Below are positions 20,893-31,228 of a DNA stretch of 64,000 nucleotides, in pieces. Under the pieces are notes generated by a model. The model was not told the DNA's origin. It ran no database searches and worked only from the letters and a program-made list of their open reading frames with translations. The position numbers and the translations under genes are program-made. The stretch's first letter is position 1. Each line of letters begins with the position of its first letter. The DNA is from an uncultured delta proteobacterium (GTDB lineage: Bacteria; Myxococcota; Myxococcia; SLRQ01): NCBI GenBank assembly GCA_963727485.1, contig CAVSGM010000011.1, forward strand, positions 256,001-320,000. Reading direction: 5' to 3'.

Positions 20893-21945
20893 ATGCCCCC
20901 CGGTCACCGAAGCGCGCGTGTTCTCGCAGGTCCGGCGCTGGCCTGCCTCGCCGCCGCGGCCCTCTTCGGCGCCGCCACCCCGGCGGCCAAGGTCCTCCTC
21001 CGGGGCCTCGGGCCCCTGTCCCTGGCGGGTCTGCTCTACCTCGGCGCCGCGGTGGCGATGATCCCCTGGCTCGGCCGGGGCGCCGACCTGGGCCTGGTCG
21101 ACCGCCGGCAGGCCGGGCGCCTCGCCGGGGCGGTGATCCTCGGGGGGATCGCCGGGCCGGTGCTCCTCCTCCTGGGCCTGGCGCGCCTCCCGGCGGCCTC
21201 GGCGTCCCTGGGCCTCAACCTCGAGCTCCCGGCGACGGCGCTGATCGCCTGGGCCCTCTTCCACGAGCACCTGGGGCGGCGCACCCTCCTCGGCGGGGGC
21301 CTGGCGCTGGCCGCCGGGGCGCTGCTGACCCTCCCGGGGCACCTGGTCCTGGCCCCGGGCCTGGGGCTGGTGGCGCTGGCCTGCGTCGCCTGGGGCCTGG
21401 ACAACAACCTCACCGCGGTCATCGACGCCCTCACCCCGGCGCAGATCACCGCGGTGAAGGGCTCGGTCGCAGGGGCGGTGAACCTCGCCCTCGGCCTCGC
21501 CCTGGAGCACCCGCGCTTCGAGCCGGGGATCGTCGCCGGGGCCCTGGTCGTGGGGGCGCTGGGCTACGGGGCCTCGCTCACCCTCTACATTGGTGGGGCC
21601 CAGCGCCTCGGGGCCACCCGCTCCCAGATGATCTTCGCCGCCGCGCCCTTCATCGGCACGGTGCTGGCGTGGGTCGGCCTCGGGGAGCCGGTGCGGCCGG
21701 TGGAGCTCGGGGCCGGGGTGCTCATGGCCGCGGGGATCGCGGTGATGCTCACCGGCCGCCACGGCCACGTCCACACCCACGACGCCACGGTCCACACCCA
21801 CGGCCACCGCCACGACGACGGCCACCACGACCACGTGCACCCGGGGCTCCCCGCCTGGGTGTGGCACACCCACGCCCACGCCCACCGGGCCTTGACCCAC
21901 ACCCACGGCCACCTGCCGGACCTCCACCACCGGCACGGGCACTGA
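20893..21945 (+). CDS. DMT/EamA-family transporter with His-rich C-terminal tail
   Basis: About ten hydrophobic segments; LLYLGA, LNLE..ATA and WGLDNNLT; tail [27 protein letters not shown]...PDLHHRHGH. Confidence 0.85.
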   Translation: MPPGHRSARVLAGPALACLAAAALFGAATPAAKVLLRGLGPLSLAGLLYLGAAVAMIPWLGRGADLGLVDRRQAGRLAGAVILGGIAGPVLLLLGLARLPAASASLGLNLELPATALIAWALFHEHLGRRTLLGGGLALAAGALLTLPGHLVLAPGLGLVALACVAWGLDNNLTAVIDALTPAQITAVKGSVAGAVNLALGLALEHPRFEPGIVAGALVVGALGYGASLTLYIGGAQRLGATRSQMIFAAAPFIGTVLAWVGLGEPVRPVELGAGVLMAAGIAVMLTGRHGHVHTHDATVHTHGHRHDDGHHDHVHPGLPAWVWHTHAHAHRALTHTHGHLPDLHHRHGH

Positions 21946-22040
21946 CCGGCGGAGGGCCCGGCTGCCGCGCCTGGTGGTGGCGGGCCCGCCCGGGGGTCGT
22001 TGTTGAGCCCCGGCGGGCACCTGGGCTACCCTCAGTGCCA

Positions 22041-23804
22041 ATGAAGCGCCTCTCCGGGCTCGCCTTGGTGGCAGCCGCGGGCCTCGCCCTCGCCATGCAC
22101 TGGGCCGTCGGGGCCCACTTCTTCCAGGGCTGGGAGCTCTCCCTGGGGAGCATCACCTTCCCGGCCCCGCGCTACGGCGCCTTCCTCCTCTCGTGGATGA
22201 CCTTCGGGAGCGTCGCCGCGGTCCTCGCCACCCTCGGGCTCGCTCGCCTCGCCGGTCCGAACCTGGCGCGGACCTTCGAGCGGTTCGCCGCCTACCCCGG
22301 GCGGCGCTTCGTGCCCCTGGCGGCCTTCCTCGCCTTCGCCACCGCGATGCTCGCCCGCACCTGGCTCCTCCACGGCGTGCCCCTCACCGACGACGAGGCC
22401 GCCTACCGGTTCATGGCCCAGGTGCTGGCCGGGGGGCACCTGACCGCCCCGTCCCCGCCGATGAAGCTCTTCTTCGACCGGGGGATGATGATCAACGACG
22501 GGCGCTTCCATGCCCTCTACTTCCTCGGCTGGCCCGCGCTCCTGGCGCCGTGGGTGCTGGTCCACGCCGCGGGCCTCGCCAACGCCGTCTACTCGGCGCT
22601 CACGGTCCCTGCGCTCTACCTCCTCGCCCGGCGTGTCGCCGGCCGGGGCTGGGCCAAGGTGACCGTCCTCCTCTTCGGCGTCTCCCCGATGGTCGCCGTC
22701 GGGGCCGCCGCCCTCGGGTCCCACCCCAGCGAGCTGATGCTCCTCGCCTGGCTCGCCTGGCTCGCCTTCCGCAGCGCCGAGGCCGAGGCGCCCCTCTGGG
22801 CCCACGCCGGGGTCGCGGTGGCCTTCGGGGCCGCGGTCTTCGACCGGCCCTTCACCGCGCTGGGCCTGGGGCTGCCCTTCCTGGTGGTCTGGGCCCTGGG
22901 CCTCCGGCGGCTCTCCGGCCGTCGGCGCCTGGCCGCGGCCGCGGTCTTCGCGGTGCCGGCGGTCCTCCTCGCCGGGGCCTTCTTCGCCGTGAACCTGGTG
23001 CAGAACGGCTCGCCCTCTCACCCTGGGGTACTGGCGCTACTACGCCTACGCCCGGGCCAATGGCTTCCGCTTCTCCCTGTGGCAGCACGCCATCCCCGGC
23101 GGTCACCCGGGCTTCCGCTTCGGAGACCTGGTGGGCGGCACCGCCTCCACCGCGGCCGGACTCCTCCGGTTCTCGGTGGCCTTCCTCGGCTGGCCCTGCT
23201 CGCTGGTCTTCGCCTTCTTCGCCGGTCGGACGCGGGAGACGGAGGTGTACTGGGCCTCGGCGGCCACCTTCGTCGCCGCGCTCCTGCTCACCTCCAACGC
23301 CGGCATCGACACCTACGGACCGGTGCACCTCGCGGAGCTCGCCCTGCCGGTGCTGATCCTCAGCGCCGCGGGCCTGGCGCGCCTCGATCGCTGGCTCGCC
23401 GGCCCGAGCCCGGGCCTCACCCTCGCCGCGGTGCTGGGGCTCTCGGGGGCCACGGCCGTGGGCTACCTGCCGGTCCGGCTCTCCGCGGTGTCCGCCATCG
23501 CCAGTCGGATTGCGGCGCCGTTCCAGGCGGTCGCGGGCATCCCCCGGGGTGAGCCGGCGGTGGTGTTCGCGCCGCGGCCCTTCGTGCGCTATTGCCACGG
23601 GCCCCAGGGCTTCGTCTTCTTCATGCCGACCAACGACCCGGGTCTCACCAACCCCGTGATCTGGGCGAACCATTCGGACCCCGGAAGGACCAGGCCCTCA
23701 TGGCCCACTTCCCCGGACGCCAGGGCTGGATCCTCGCCTGGGACCATTGTACGCCGCTGATCGTCTCCCTCGAACGGGCCCGGGCCGCGGCGCCGGACCC
23801 ATGA
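22041..23804 (+). CDS. GT-C fold (PMT/ArnT/GT39-like) membrane glycosyltransferase; two apparent frameshifts (~23018, ~23675)
   Basis: Polytopic protein with TDDEAAYRFMA acidic motif after an N-terminal TM helix and GWPALLA; coding frame resumes as GYWRYYAY... and GPRKDQALMAHFPGR..., stop at 23804. Confidence 0.7.
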
Positions 23805-23842
23805 CCCCCGTGCCATCCTCGTCGTCGTCCCGGAACCTCGCC

Positions 23843-24862
23843 ATGTCCCGCACCTCGATCCTCGTCACCGGCGGCGCCGGCTACCTCGGCGCCATCCTCG
23901 TGCCCAAGCTCCTCGACGCCGGCCACCGGGTCACCGTCCTCGACGCCCTCTTCTTCGGCGGGAAGCCCCTGGCCGCGGTGGCCGATCGCGAGGGCTTCGA
24001 GCTGGTGGCCGGGGACATCCGGGACACCGCCACCGTCGACGCCGTCCTCGCCCGGGGCTTCGACGGGGTCATCCACCTCGCCGCCATCTCCAACGACCCC
24101 TGCTCCGACCTCGACCCCGAGCTCACCCGGGCGGTCAACCACGACGCCACCGGGCACCTGATGCGCCAGGCCAAGGCCGCCGGGGTGCGCCGCTTCCTCT
24201 ACGCCTCGTCGGCGAGCGTCTACGGGATCAAGGACACCCCCGACGTCACCGAGGACCTGCCGCTGGAGCCCATCACCCTCTACGCCCGGTACAAGGCCGA
24301 GGGGGAGACGGTGCTCAACGGCCTCACCGACGACGGCTTCTGCGGGGTGTCGGTGCGGGCGGCGACGGTGTGCGGGTGGTCTCCGCGCCTGCGCCTGGAC
24401 CTCACCATCAACATCCTCACCCACCACGCCCTGACCAACGGCCGGATCCGGGTCTTCGGGGGCCGCCAGATGCGCCCCAACATCCACATCGAGGACCTCA
24501 CCGACTTCTACGTGAGGCTGCTCGACATCGAGGCCGAGAAGGTCAACGGCCGGGCCTTCAACGTCTCCACCGAGAACGCCACGGTGATGGCCCTGGCCGA
24601 GATGATCCGCGATCGGGTCGACCCGGCCATCGCCATCGACGTGGTGCCCACCGACGACCACCGCAGCTACCACCTCTCCGCCGCCCGGGCCCGGGCCGAG
24701 CTGGGCTTCGCCCCCCGCCACACCCTGGGCGACGCGGTGGACGACCTCAAGCGCGCCTACGCCGAGGGCCGGGTCCCGGACCCCGAGTCGCGGATCTACC
24801 GGAACGTGCAGCTGATGAAGCACGCGCCGGCGGTGTGGCAGAACCTGGGGGGCGCGCGGTGA
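23843..24862 (+). CDS. NAD-dependent epimerase/dehydratase (extended SDR)
   Basis: ILVTGGAGYLG, HLAAISNDP, ASSASVYG, YARYK (YxxxK), RPNIHIED. Confidence 0.92.
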   Translation: MSRTSILVTGGAGYLGAILVPKLLDAGHRVTVLDALFFGGKPLAAVADREGFELVAGDIRDTATVDAVLARGFDGVIHLAAISNDPCSDLDPELTRAVNHDATGHLMRQAKAAGVRRFLYASSASVYGIKDTPDVTEDLPLEPITLYARYKAEGETVLNGLTDDGFCGVSVRAATVCGWSPRLRLDLTINILTHHALTNGRIRVFGGRQMRPNIHIEDLTDFYVRLLDIEAEKVNGRAFNVSTENATVMALAEMIRDRVDPAIAIDVVPTDDHRSYHLSAARARAELGFAPRHTLGDAVDDLKRAYAEGRVPDPESRIYRNVQLMKHAPAVWQNLGGAR

Positions 24863-25959
24863 CCGTGATACGGGTGCCCTACGTCGACCTCGCGGCCCAG
24901 AACCGGCCGCTGAAGGCCGAGCTCCTGGAGGCGGTGGGCCGGGTCCTCGACCACGGGTGGCTGGTCAACGGCCCCGAGGTCGCCGACCTGGAGCGGCGCC
25001 TCGCCGAGCGACTCGGGGGCGGGCACGTGGTCGGCGTCGCCTCGGGGACCGCGGCCCTGGTCCTGGCCCTGCGCCTCCACGGCATCGGCCCCGGTGACGA
25101 GGTGGTGGTCCCCAGCCACTCCTTCGTGGCCACGGCCTCGGCGGTGGTCCTCGCCGGGGCGCGCCCGGTCTTCGCCGACGTCGACGAGGAGACCATGGTC
25201 CTCGACGCCGCCGCGGCCGAGCGGGCGATCACCGAGCGCACCCGGGCGGTGCTGCCGGTGCACCTCAACGGCTTCGCCGCCGACCTCGACGCCTTCACCG
25301 CGCTGTGCCGCGACCGGGACCTGGTGCTCCTCGAGGACTGCGCCCAAGCCCTGGGCGCCGCCTGGAAGGGCCGCCCGGTGGGCACCTTCGGCACCGGGTG
25401 CTTCAGCCTCCACCCCCTCAAGCCCCTGGCCGCCGCCGGGGACGCGGGCTTCGTCTGGGTCTCCGAGGCGGCGCAGGCCGAGACCCTGAAGCGTCTGCGC
25501 AACCTCGGCCTCGCCGACCGGGACCACCTGGCGCAGGTCAGCGGCAACGATCGCCTGGACACGGTGCAGGCGGCGATGCTGGGGGTGAAGCTCGGGCACC
25601 TCGACGCCTGGCTCGCCGCCCGCCGGGCCCACGCCGAGGCCTACCGCGCCGCCCTGGAGGGCCTGGTGCGGCTGCCCCCGGCGCGCCCCGAGTGCCAGCC
25701 GAGCCACAGCGTCTTCTGCGTCCGCCACCCCAGGCGCGACGCGCTCCTCGAGGGCCTGCGCGCCCGGGGCATCGACGCCAAGGTCCACTACCCGGTGGCC
25801 ATCCACCAGCAGGCCCCCTTCGCCGGGGACCCGCCGCCGTCGCTCCCGGTCACCGAGCAGGTGGTGCAGGAGATCGTGAGCCTCCCGGTGAGCCCCGAGC
25901 TCGACGTCGCCGGGCGCGAGGCGGTGATCGCGGCGGTGCAGGAGACCCTCGCGGCATGA
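24859..25959 (+). CDS. DegT/DnrJ/EryC1/StrS family PLP aminotransferase
   Basis: GTG start overlapping the SDR stop; SGTAAL, GPGDEV, PVHLNG, EDCAQALG, FSLHPLKPL (PLP Lys), SLPV. Confidence 0.93.
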   Translation: MTVIRVPYVDLAAQNRPLKAELLEAVGRVLDHGWLVNGPEVADLERRLAERLGGGHVVGVASGTAALVLALRLHGIGPGDEVVVPSHSFVATASAVVLAGARPVFADVDEETMVLDAAAAERAITERTRAVLPVHLNGFAADLDAFTALCRDRDLVLLEDCAQALGAAWKGRPVGTFGTGCFSLHPLKPLAAAGDAGFVWVSEAAQAETLKRLRNLGLADRDHLAQVSGNDRLDTVQAAMLGVKLGHLDAWLAARRAHAEAYRAALEGLVRLPPARPECQPSHSVFCVRHPRRDALLEGLRARGIDAKVHYPVAIHQQAPFAGDPPPSLPVTEQVVQEIVSLPVSPELDVAGREAVIAAVQETLAA

Positions 25960-27497
25960 CCGAGGCCTCGGAAAAGATCGTCACCCCCGAGGCCCTGGCC
26001 CGGATCCGCGCGGATCTCGAGGCCCAGGGCCGCACCGTGGTCCAGGCCCACGGCTGCTTCGACATCGTCCACCCCGGGCACATCCGCTACCTGCGCTTCG
26101 CCCGGGACCAGGGCGACGTCCTGGTGGTGAGCGTGAGCGCCGACGACGTGGTGGGCAAGGGCGCCGACCGCCCCTACATCAACGAGGACCTGCGCCTGGA
26201 GAACCTCGCGGTCCTGGAGTTCGTGGACTACGTGGTCCTCGATCACCACGCCTGGGCGGGGCCGATCCTGGAGACGGTCAGGCCCGACGTCTACGTGAAG
26301 GGCAAGGAGTACGAGACCGGCGGCGACCCGCGCTTCCTCCAGGAGAAGGACCTGGTCGAGGGCTACGGGGGCCGGGTGATCTTCGGCTCCGGCGACGTGG
26401 TGTTCTCCTCCACCGCCATCATCGACCGCTTCCGCGAGCAGTTCCGCCTCGACGCCGAGAAGACAAGGTTCTTCTGCCGGCGCCACGGGGTCACCCGCGC
26501 CGCGGTGGACGGCGCCCTCCGGGCCATCGGGGAGGCGCGGATCCTGGTCCTCGGCGATCCCATCCTCGACCGTCACATCCACTCGGAGATGGCCACCGTG
26601 GCCGCCGAGGCGCCGGTGCTCTCGGTGGTGCCGATGCACCAGGACACCTACCTCGGCGGCGGGGCCCTCATCGCCCGGCAGCTCGCCAACCTCGGGGCGA
26701 AGGCGGGCTACCTCACGGTCCTGGGTCGGGACGCCGAGGCCGAGGACTTCGCCGAGGGGCTCGCCGCCGGCGGGGTGACCCTCCACCGCCTCGAGGCCCA
26801 TCACCGGCCGGTGTTCGTGAAGACCCGGTACCTGGTCGACGGGAACAAGGTGTTCAAGGTCGACGAGGGGGCCTACTCGCCCCTGGCCGCGAGCGACGCC
26901 GCCGAGCTGGTCGCGCGCCTCGAGGCGTCGCTTGCGGGCTACGACGCGCTGGTGGTCACCGACTTCGGCTACGGGCTCTTCGGCGCCGAGCTCACCGAGG
27001 CCCTGCCCCGGATCTGCGCCGCCCAGGGCAAGCCCTACTACGTCGACGTGAGCCACAGCCGGCGCACCAACATCCTCAAGTTCCGTGGTCCGCGGCTGGC
27101 GACCCCCACCGAGGACGAGCTGCGCTTCGCCTTCGGCGATCCCGAGAGCGGGCTGTCCAACCTCGCCAGCCGCTACTACCGGGAGTCGGGCGCCGAGCAG
27201 CTGGTGGTGACCCTGGGCAAGCGCGGGGCCCTGCGCTTCGAGCCCGGGGAGGCCGGGGCCCGGCTGCGCACCGACCACCTCCCGGCCTTCGCCACCTACT
27301 CCGTCGACCCCATCGGCGCCGGGGACGTGTTCCTCGCCGGCGCCAGCGCCGCCGACGTCGCCCGGGCGCCCATGCCCGTGGGCATGTACCTGGGCAGCGC
27401 CCTGGCGGCGCTCCACGTGGCCCACCTGGGCAACGACCCGGTGCGGATGATTGACCTCCAGGCGTGGCTCGACGCCCGCCCCGATCTCGCGCCATGA
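25956..27497 (+). CDS. Bifunctional cytidylyltransferase-like + PfkB sugar kinase (HldE/RfaE-related, reversed domain order)
   Basis: N-terminal HGCFDIVHPGH and VYVKGKEY; C-terminal VLGDPILD, KTRY, DFGYG, VTLGKRGA, DPIGAGD. Confidence 0.85.
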   Translation: MTEASEKIVTPEALARIRADLEAQGRTVVQAHGCFDIVHPGHIRYLRFARDQGDVLVVSVSADDVVGKGADRPYINEDLRLENLAVLEFVDYVVLDHHAWAGPILETVRPDVYVKGKEYETGGDPRFLQEKDLVEGYGGRVIFGSGDVVFSSTAIIDRFREQFRLDAEKTRFFCRRHGVTRAAVDGALRAIGEARILVLGDPILDRHIHSEMATVAAEAPVLSVVPMHQDTYLGGGALIARQLANLGAKAGYLTVLGRDAEAEDFAEGLAAGGVTLHRLEAHHRPVFVKTRYLVDGNKVFKVDEGAYSPLAASDAAELVARLEASLAGYDALVVTDFGYGLFGAELTEALPRICAAQGKPYYVDVSHSRRTNILKFRGPRLATPTEDELRFAFGDPESGLSNLASRYYRESGAEQLVVTLGKRGALRFEPGEAGARLRTDHLPAFATYSVDPIGAGDVFLAGASAADVARAPMPVGMYLGSALAALHVAHLGNDPVRMIDLQAWLDARPDLAP

Positions 27498-28495
27498 GCG
27501 CCCGCGCCCGACGGGTGGCGCTGGGGGTCGTGGGCCTGGGGGTCTCGGCGCTCTTCCTCTGGCTGGCCCTGCGCAAGGTGCCGCTGGCGGCGGCCTGGAA
27601 CCGGATCGCCACGGTGAGCCTGGGGATCCTGGCGCTCTCCCTGGTCACCAAGCTCGTGGGCTTCGGGATGATGACGGGCCGCACCCGGACCCTCCTGAAG
27701 CCGGTGGCGCCGCTGGGCGTCGGGCCGGTGTTCCGCTCGGTGCTCCTGGGTTTTGCCGCCAACAACGTGCTCCCCGCCCGTCTCGGTGACGTGGTGCGCG
27801 TCGACTACCTGGGGCGACGCAGCGGCGCCGGTTTCGGGCCCTGCCTCGCGGTGGTCGCCTTCGAGCGGGTGGTCGACACCTTCTGCCTGGTGCTGCTCCT
27901 CGCCTGCGCCCTCCCGGTGCTCCTCGGCCGGGTGCACCCGGGCGTGGGCCTGGCGCTCCTGGTCGCCGGTGCGCTCCTGGCGATGGCCGCGGCGGTGATC
28001 GTCAGCCACCATCCCGACGCCTTCGTCCGCCTCGGCCGCCGCGTCGCCGGGGTCCTCGGCAGGGCCTTCGCCGACCGGGTGGAGCCGCTCCTCGCCCGCT
28101 TCGCCACCGGTCTGGCCGCGGTCTCCAGCACCCGTTCGGTGCTGGCGGTGATGGCCTTCTCGTTGGGCTACTGGGGCAGCTCCCTGGGGTCGGTGGCCCT
28201 GTGGATCCTGGCGTTCGGCCTGCAGCTTCCCTGGTATGCGCCCCTGGTGGTGCTGCTCTTCATCTCCCTGGGCACCCTGCTTCCGGCGTCGCCGTCGTTC
28301 GTGGGCACCTACGAGTACTTCGCCGCCGCCGGGCTCAAGCTCCTGGGGGTGGGGGCCACCGCGGCGACATCGTTCGCCCTGGTGGGCCACGTGGTGGCGG
28401 TGGTCCCCTTCACCCTCGTGGCGCTGCCGGTGCTGGTGCCCGACCTGATGCGCCGGCGGCGCCGGGAGGCCTCCCTGGGCGAGGCGCCGGGCTAG
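27494..28495 (+). CDS. UPF0104 / lysylphosphatidylglycerol-synthase TM domain flippase-like protein
   Basis: GFAANNVLPARLGDVVR, FERVVD, LPASPSFVGTYE; polytopic; ATGA overlap with the upstream gene. Confidence 0.88.
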   Translation: MSARARRVALGVVGLGVSALFLWLALRKVPLAAAWNRIATVSLGILALSLVTKLVGFGMMTGRTRTLLKPVAPLGVGPVFRSVLLGFAANNVLPARLGDVVRVDYLGRRSGAGFGPCLAVVAFERVVDTFCLVLLLACALPVLLGRVHPGVGLALLVAGALLAMAAAVIVSHHPDAFVRLGRRVAGVLGRAFADRVEPLLARFATGLAAVSSTRSVLAVMAFSLGYWGSSLGSVALWILAFGLQLPWYAPLVVLLFISLGTLLPASPSFVGTYEYFAAAGLKLLGVGATAATSFALVGHVVAVVPFTLVALPVLVPDLMRRRRREASLGEAPG

Positions 28496-29514
28496 GCGCC
28501 GGGCGCCTCGGCGATGAGCGGCTCCACGTCGATTGGCGGTACATGTGGAGGCCGGCTCGGAGCCCGTCCCGAGCCACGGCGTCCGCCACCGCCTCGCCCC
28601 GCAGGGCCCGGAGCGCCGCCAGGGGCAGGTTCACCCCCGCGTGGGCGTAGAGCCAGGGGCGCCCGGCGAGACGGGGGTTGATTCTCGGTCACCCGCGGGG
28701 CGCCGTCGGCGTCGCCTCGGAGGTCGACGCTGTAGACCCCGTGGGGCCGGTCGTCGATGGCCCGCACCGCACGCTCGGCGACGGCGTCGACCTCGGGCTC
28801 ACGCACGGTGCTGCAGAGCTTCACCTGGCCGGTCACCCCGGTGGGGACCAGGTCGGCGAGGAGGTACGACAGGCGCTCCATGGAGGCGCAGGCCACCCGC
28901 TGACCCTCGACGAAGACCGCCGACCAGTTGAAGTTCCGACCGGGGAGGAGGGTCTGGGCCATCCAGGGCTCCCCGGACGCGCCCCAGGCCGCCAGCCACC
29001 GCCGGGCCTCGGTGGCGTCGGCTGCGGCGAGGCTGCCCTTGCCGCTGGTGCCCACGCAGGGGCGGATCCACAGGGGGCTGCCCAGGGCCTCGAAGATGGC
29101 CTCGAGCTGGGCGGGGTCCCGGAAGGTCCGGGTCGCCGGGAAGGCCCCCGAGCCCGCCCCGGCGGCCTGGGTCCGGGCCTTGTCGAGGAGGAGGTCGAGC
29201 ACCGGGAGCGGCGCCAGCGCCGAGGGCACCGGGAGCGGGCGCCCCACCTGGCTCAACGCCGCCACCTCGAGGTCGAGGCCGACGAAGACGAAGTCCACCC
29301 CGGCCGCGGCCTCGCAGAGGGCGTCGACGTAGGCCCCGGCGTCCGCGCCCGCCGAGGGGAGTGACACCACCTCGTCGCAGAACCGCTCGCCGAGCCGCCG
29401 TCCCCAGGGGCTGGCGTCGGCACCGACGATCCGCAGGGTCGGGTCCTGGCGCAGGCACCGCGCCATGTCGATCCCCGGGCTCCCGCCGCAGCTGCTCACC
29501 AGCACCGTGGTCAT
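28492..29514 (-). CDS. ATP-grasp ligase (carbamoyl-phosphate-synthase-like); two compensating indels (~28683, ~28533)
   Basis: LDKART, PLWIRPCVGTSGKG, QTLLPG, YSVDL; shifting frame restores the TEINPRLAG motif and AGVNLP. Confidence 0.75.
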   Translation of the reverse strand: MTTVLVSSCGGSPGIDMARCLRQDPTLRIVGADASPWGRRLGERFCDEVVSLPSAGADAGAYVDALCEAAAGVDFVFVGLDLEVAALSQVGRPLPVPSALAPLPVLDLLLDKARTQAAGAGSGAFPATRTFRDPAQLEAIFEALGSPLWIRPCVGTSGKGSLAAADATEARRWLAAWGASGEPWMAQTLLPGRNFNWSAVFVEGQRVACASMERLSYLLADLVPTGVTGQVKLCSTVREPEVDAVAERAVRAIDDRPHGVYSVDLRGDADGAPRVTENQPPSRRAPLALRPRGGEPAPGGAPGPAGRGGGGRRGSGRAPSRPPHVPPIDVEPLIAEAPGA

Positions 29515-30989
29515 GGGTCCTCCCAGGGCACCAGGCGCCCGTCGCGAAACACGGGGACCACCTGGTGGGTGTCGAGCTGGGCGCAGTAGCGGACGTCCTC
29601 GGCGTAGCCGAGGCGGACCAGGTTGGCCCCCGAAGCCCCCCGGAAGAAGTCAGCCTCGAGACCGCGGGAGGCCCGCGGGACCGGGGCCTGGAGACGGGCG
29701 GTCGGCCCCATCGCCGCCAGGATCTCGCTCGCCGCCAGCTCATCCTCGAGGCACGCCTGGTTGTTGCGGCCGGCCATCAGCAGGGTGACCGGGCAGTCGC
29801 GCGCCTCGGCGAGGGCCAGGGCCCGGCGGCCCACGCTCCCGGCGTTGAGGGTGGTGCCGATGAGGACCAGGGCGTCCTCGCCGGCCGCCTCCAGGAGGCA
29901 CTCGGTGCCGTTGGTGGTGGTCAGCACCAGGGACCTGCCGGCGTAGGCCTCGCCCCGGGCGAGGAGCTCGGTGGGGCTGTTGCCGTGATCCAGCGTGGGG
30001 ATCTTGCGGCCCCCGCGCTCTCCGGCGGTGACGTCCCCGCGACACTCCTCGACCGAGGCCACCGCCCGCACCGAGCGCATCCCCATCTGAAGCGCGGTGA
30101 CGATGGTGGCGCTGGCCCGCAGGGCGTCGATGAGGACCACCACCCCGCCCCGGCCGCGGGCGGCGACGGCGCCGCTGACCCCCAGCTCCAGGAAGACCTT
30201 CACCCCGGGCATCTGGAAGTCCCGGAAGGTGTCCCCCCGGAGCCCGGTGCGCAGGGTCGCCAGGGAGAGGGCGTCGTCCGGGGCGATGTTGCCGAGGTTC
30301 ACCTGGTTGCCCAGGCGGCGGATCAGCCACACCTGCTGCGATTTGCGGGGGGCCTCGAATACCACCGCCGCCCGCCCCACGGCCTCGGTGATTCGGGCCA
30401 CCAGCTCCTCGATGGGCTCACCGGCCTCGTCGAAGATCCCCACGGTGCCCGACTCCCGGGCCTCGAGGATCACCCTCTCGGCCCCGGCGTCGAGCTCGGC
30501 CCGGAGGGCGGACACCCGCTCGGCGAGGCCAAGGCGGGCGTCGGCCTCGTGCTCCTTCTTGCCCACCTCGCTCCACACCGTGAGCCCCCGGGCCCGGGCG
30601 CGGTCGATGAGCCCGAGCTTCTCGTCCTCGGTCATGGGGTGGACGCCGTTGGAGACCTCCACCATGGGGAAGCCCAGCCGGACGGCCTCGTCGAGAAAGG
30701 CGTCGGCCCGGCCCTGGGCCAGGGCCACCTCGAGGAAGGTGCCGCCGGTGCAGGCCCGCACCTGGTGGGCCGCGAGGATGGCGAGCTTCTCCCGGACGAT
30801 CGTCTCGGGCTGGAGCCGTGCCGTCGCCCACCCGAGCTTGACCACGTCGATCCAGGGGTGGCTCACCGAGAGGAGGTCGGCGAGCCGCCCCGGACCCAGG
30901 CCCTTGTCGAGAACGGAGGTGATCCCGGTGAGGCGCGGCTTGGCCGGCAGCTCGGGGACGTCGATCATGGGGAACGCGTGACGACTCAT
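29511..30989 (-). CDS. comA-comB: Fused phosphosulfolactate synthase (ComA) + 2-phosphosulfolactate phosphatase (ComB)
   Basis: ComA half: KPR..GIT.VLDKG, VKLGWAT, GGTFLE, EVSNG, SEVGKK, ILEARESG, FEAP, VNLGNI, LR.GLRGDT. ComB half: IDALRASATI, GERGG, GNSP, TTTNGT, LED. Single uninterrupted ORF. Confidence 0.9.
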   Translation of the reverse strand: MSRHAFPMIDVPELPAKPRLTGITSVLDKGLGPGRLADLLSVSHPWIDVVKLGWATARLQPETIVREKLAILAAHQVRACTGGTFLEVALAQGRADAFLDEAVRLGFPMVEVSNGVHPMTEDEKLGLIDRARARGLTVWSEVGKKEHEADARLGLAERVSALRAELDAGAERVILEARESGTVGIFDEAGEPIEELVARITEAVGRAAVVFEAPRKSQQVWLIRRLGNQVNLGNIAPDDALSLATLRTGLRGDTFRDFQMPGVKVFLELGVSGAVAARGRGGVVVLIDALRASATIVTALQMGMRSVRAVASVEECRGDVTAGERGGRKIPTLDHGNSPTELLARGEAYAGRSLVLTTTNGTECLLEAAGEDALVLIGTTLNAGSVGRRALALAEARDCPVTLLMAGRNNQACLEDELAASEILAAMGPTARLQAPVPRASRGLEADFFRGASGANLVRLGYAEDVRYCAQLDTHQVVPVFRDGRLVPWEDP

Positions 30990-31228
30990 GGGATCTCGCC
31001 CTTGCGGAGCACGAAGACGTGCGCCATGGCGAGCGGCCAGCGTTCGCCGAGGAGCCGGTGGCCGGCGGTGGCGACGAGCTCGTTGGCGACCTGGAGACCC
31101 CGCCGCCAGTCGGGCTGGCGGCCGGATCGCGAGGGCACCACCGAGGTCAGGTGGAGGCCGGCGACCACCTCCGCCACCTGGGCGTATACCCGGGGGCGGG
31201 TCCCGGCCCCGCTGACCCGGCCGGTCAC
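30986..31228 (-). CDS. Small hypothetical protein (80 aa), possibly a gene remnant
   Basis: GTGA overlap with the GT2 stop and ATGA overlap with the comAB start. Confidence 0.45.
   Translation of the reverse strand: MTGRVSGAGTRPRVYAQVAEVVAGLHLTSVVPSRSGRQPDWRRGLQVANELVATAGHRLLGERWPLAMAHVFVLRKGEIP

Noticed and set aside
29511..30989. Coenzyme M biosynthesis or methanogenesis
   Set aside because: Only the first two steps are present, the context is glycosylation, and no comC/comDE or CoM-using enzymes are in the window
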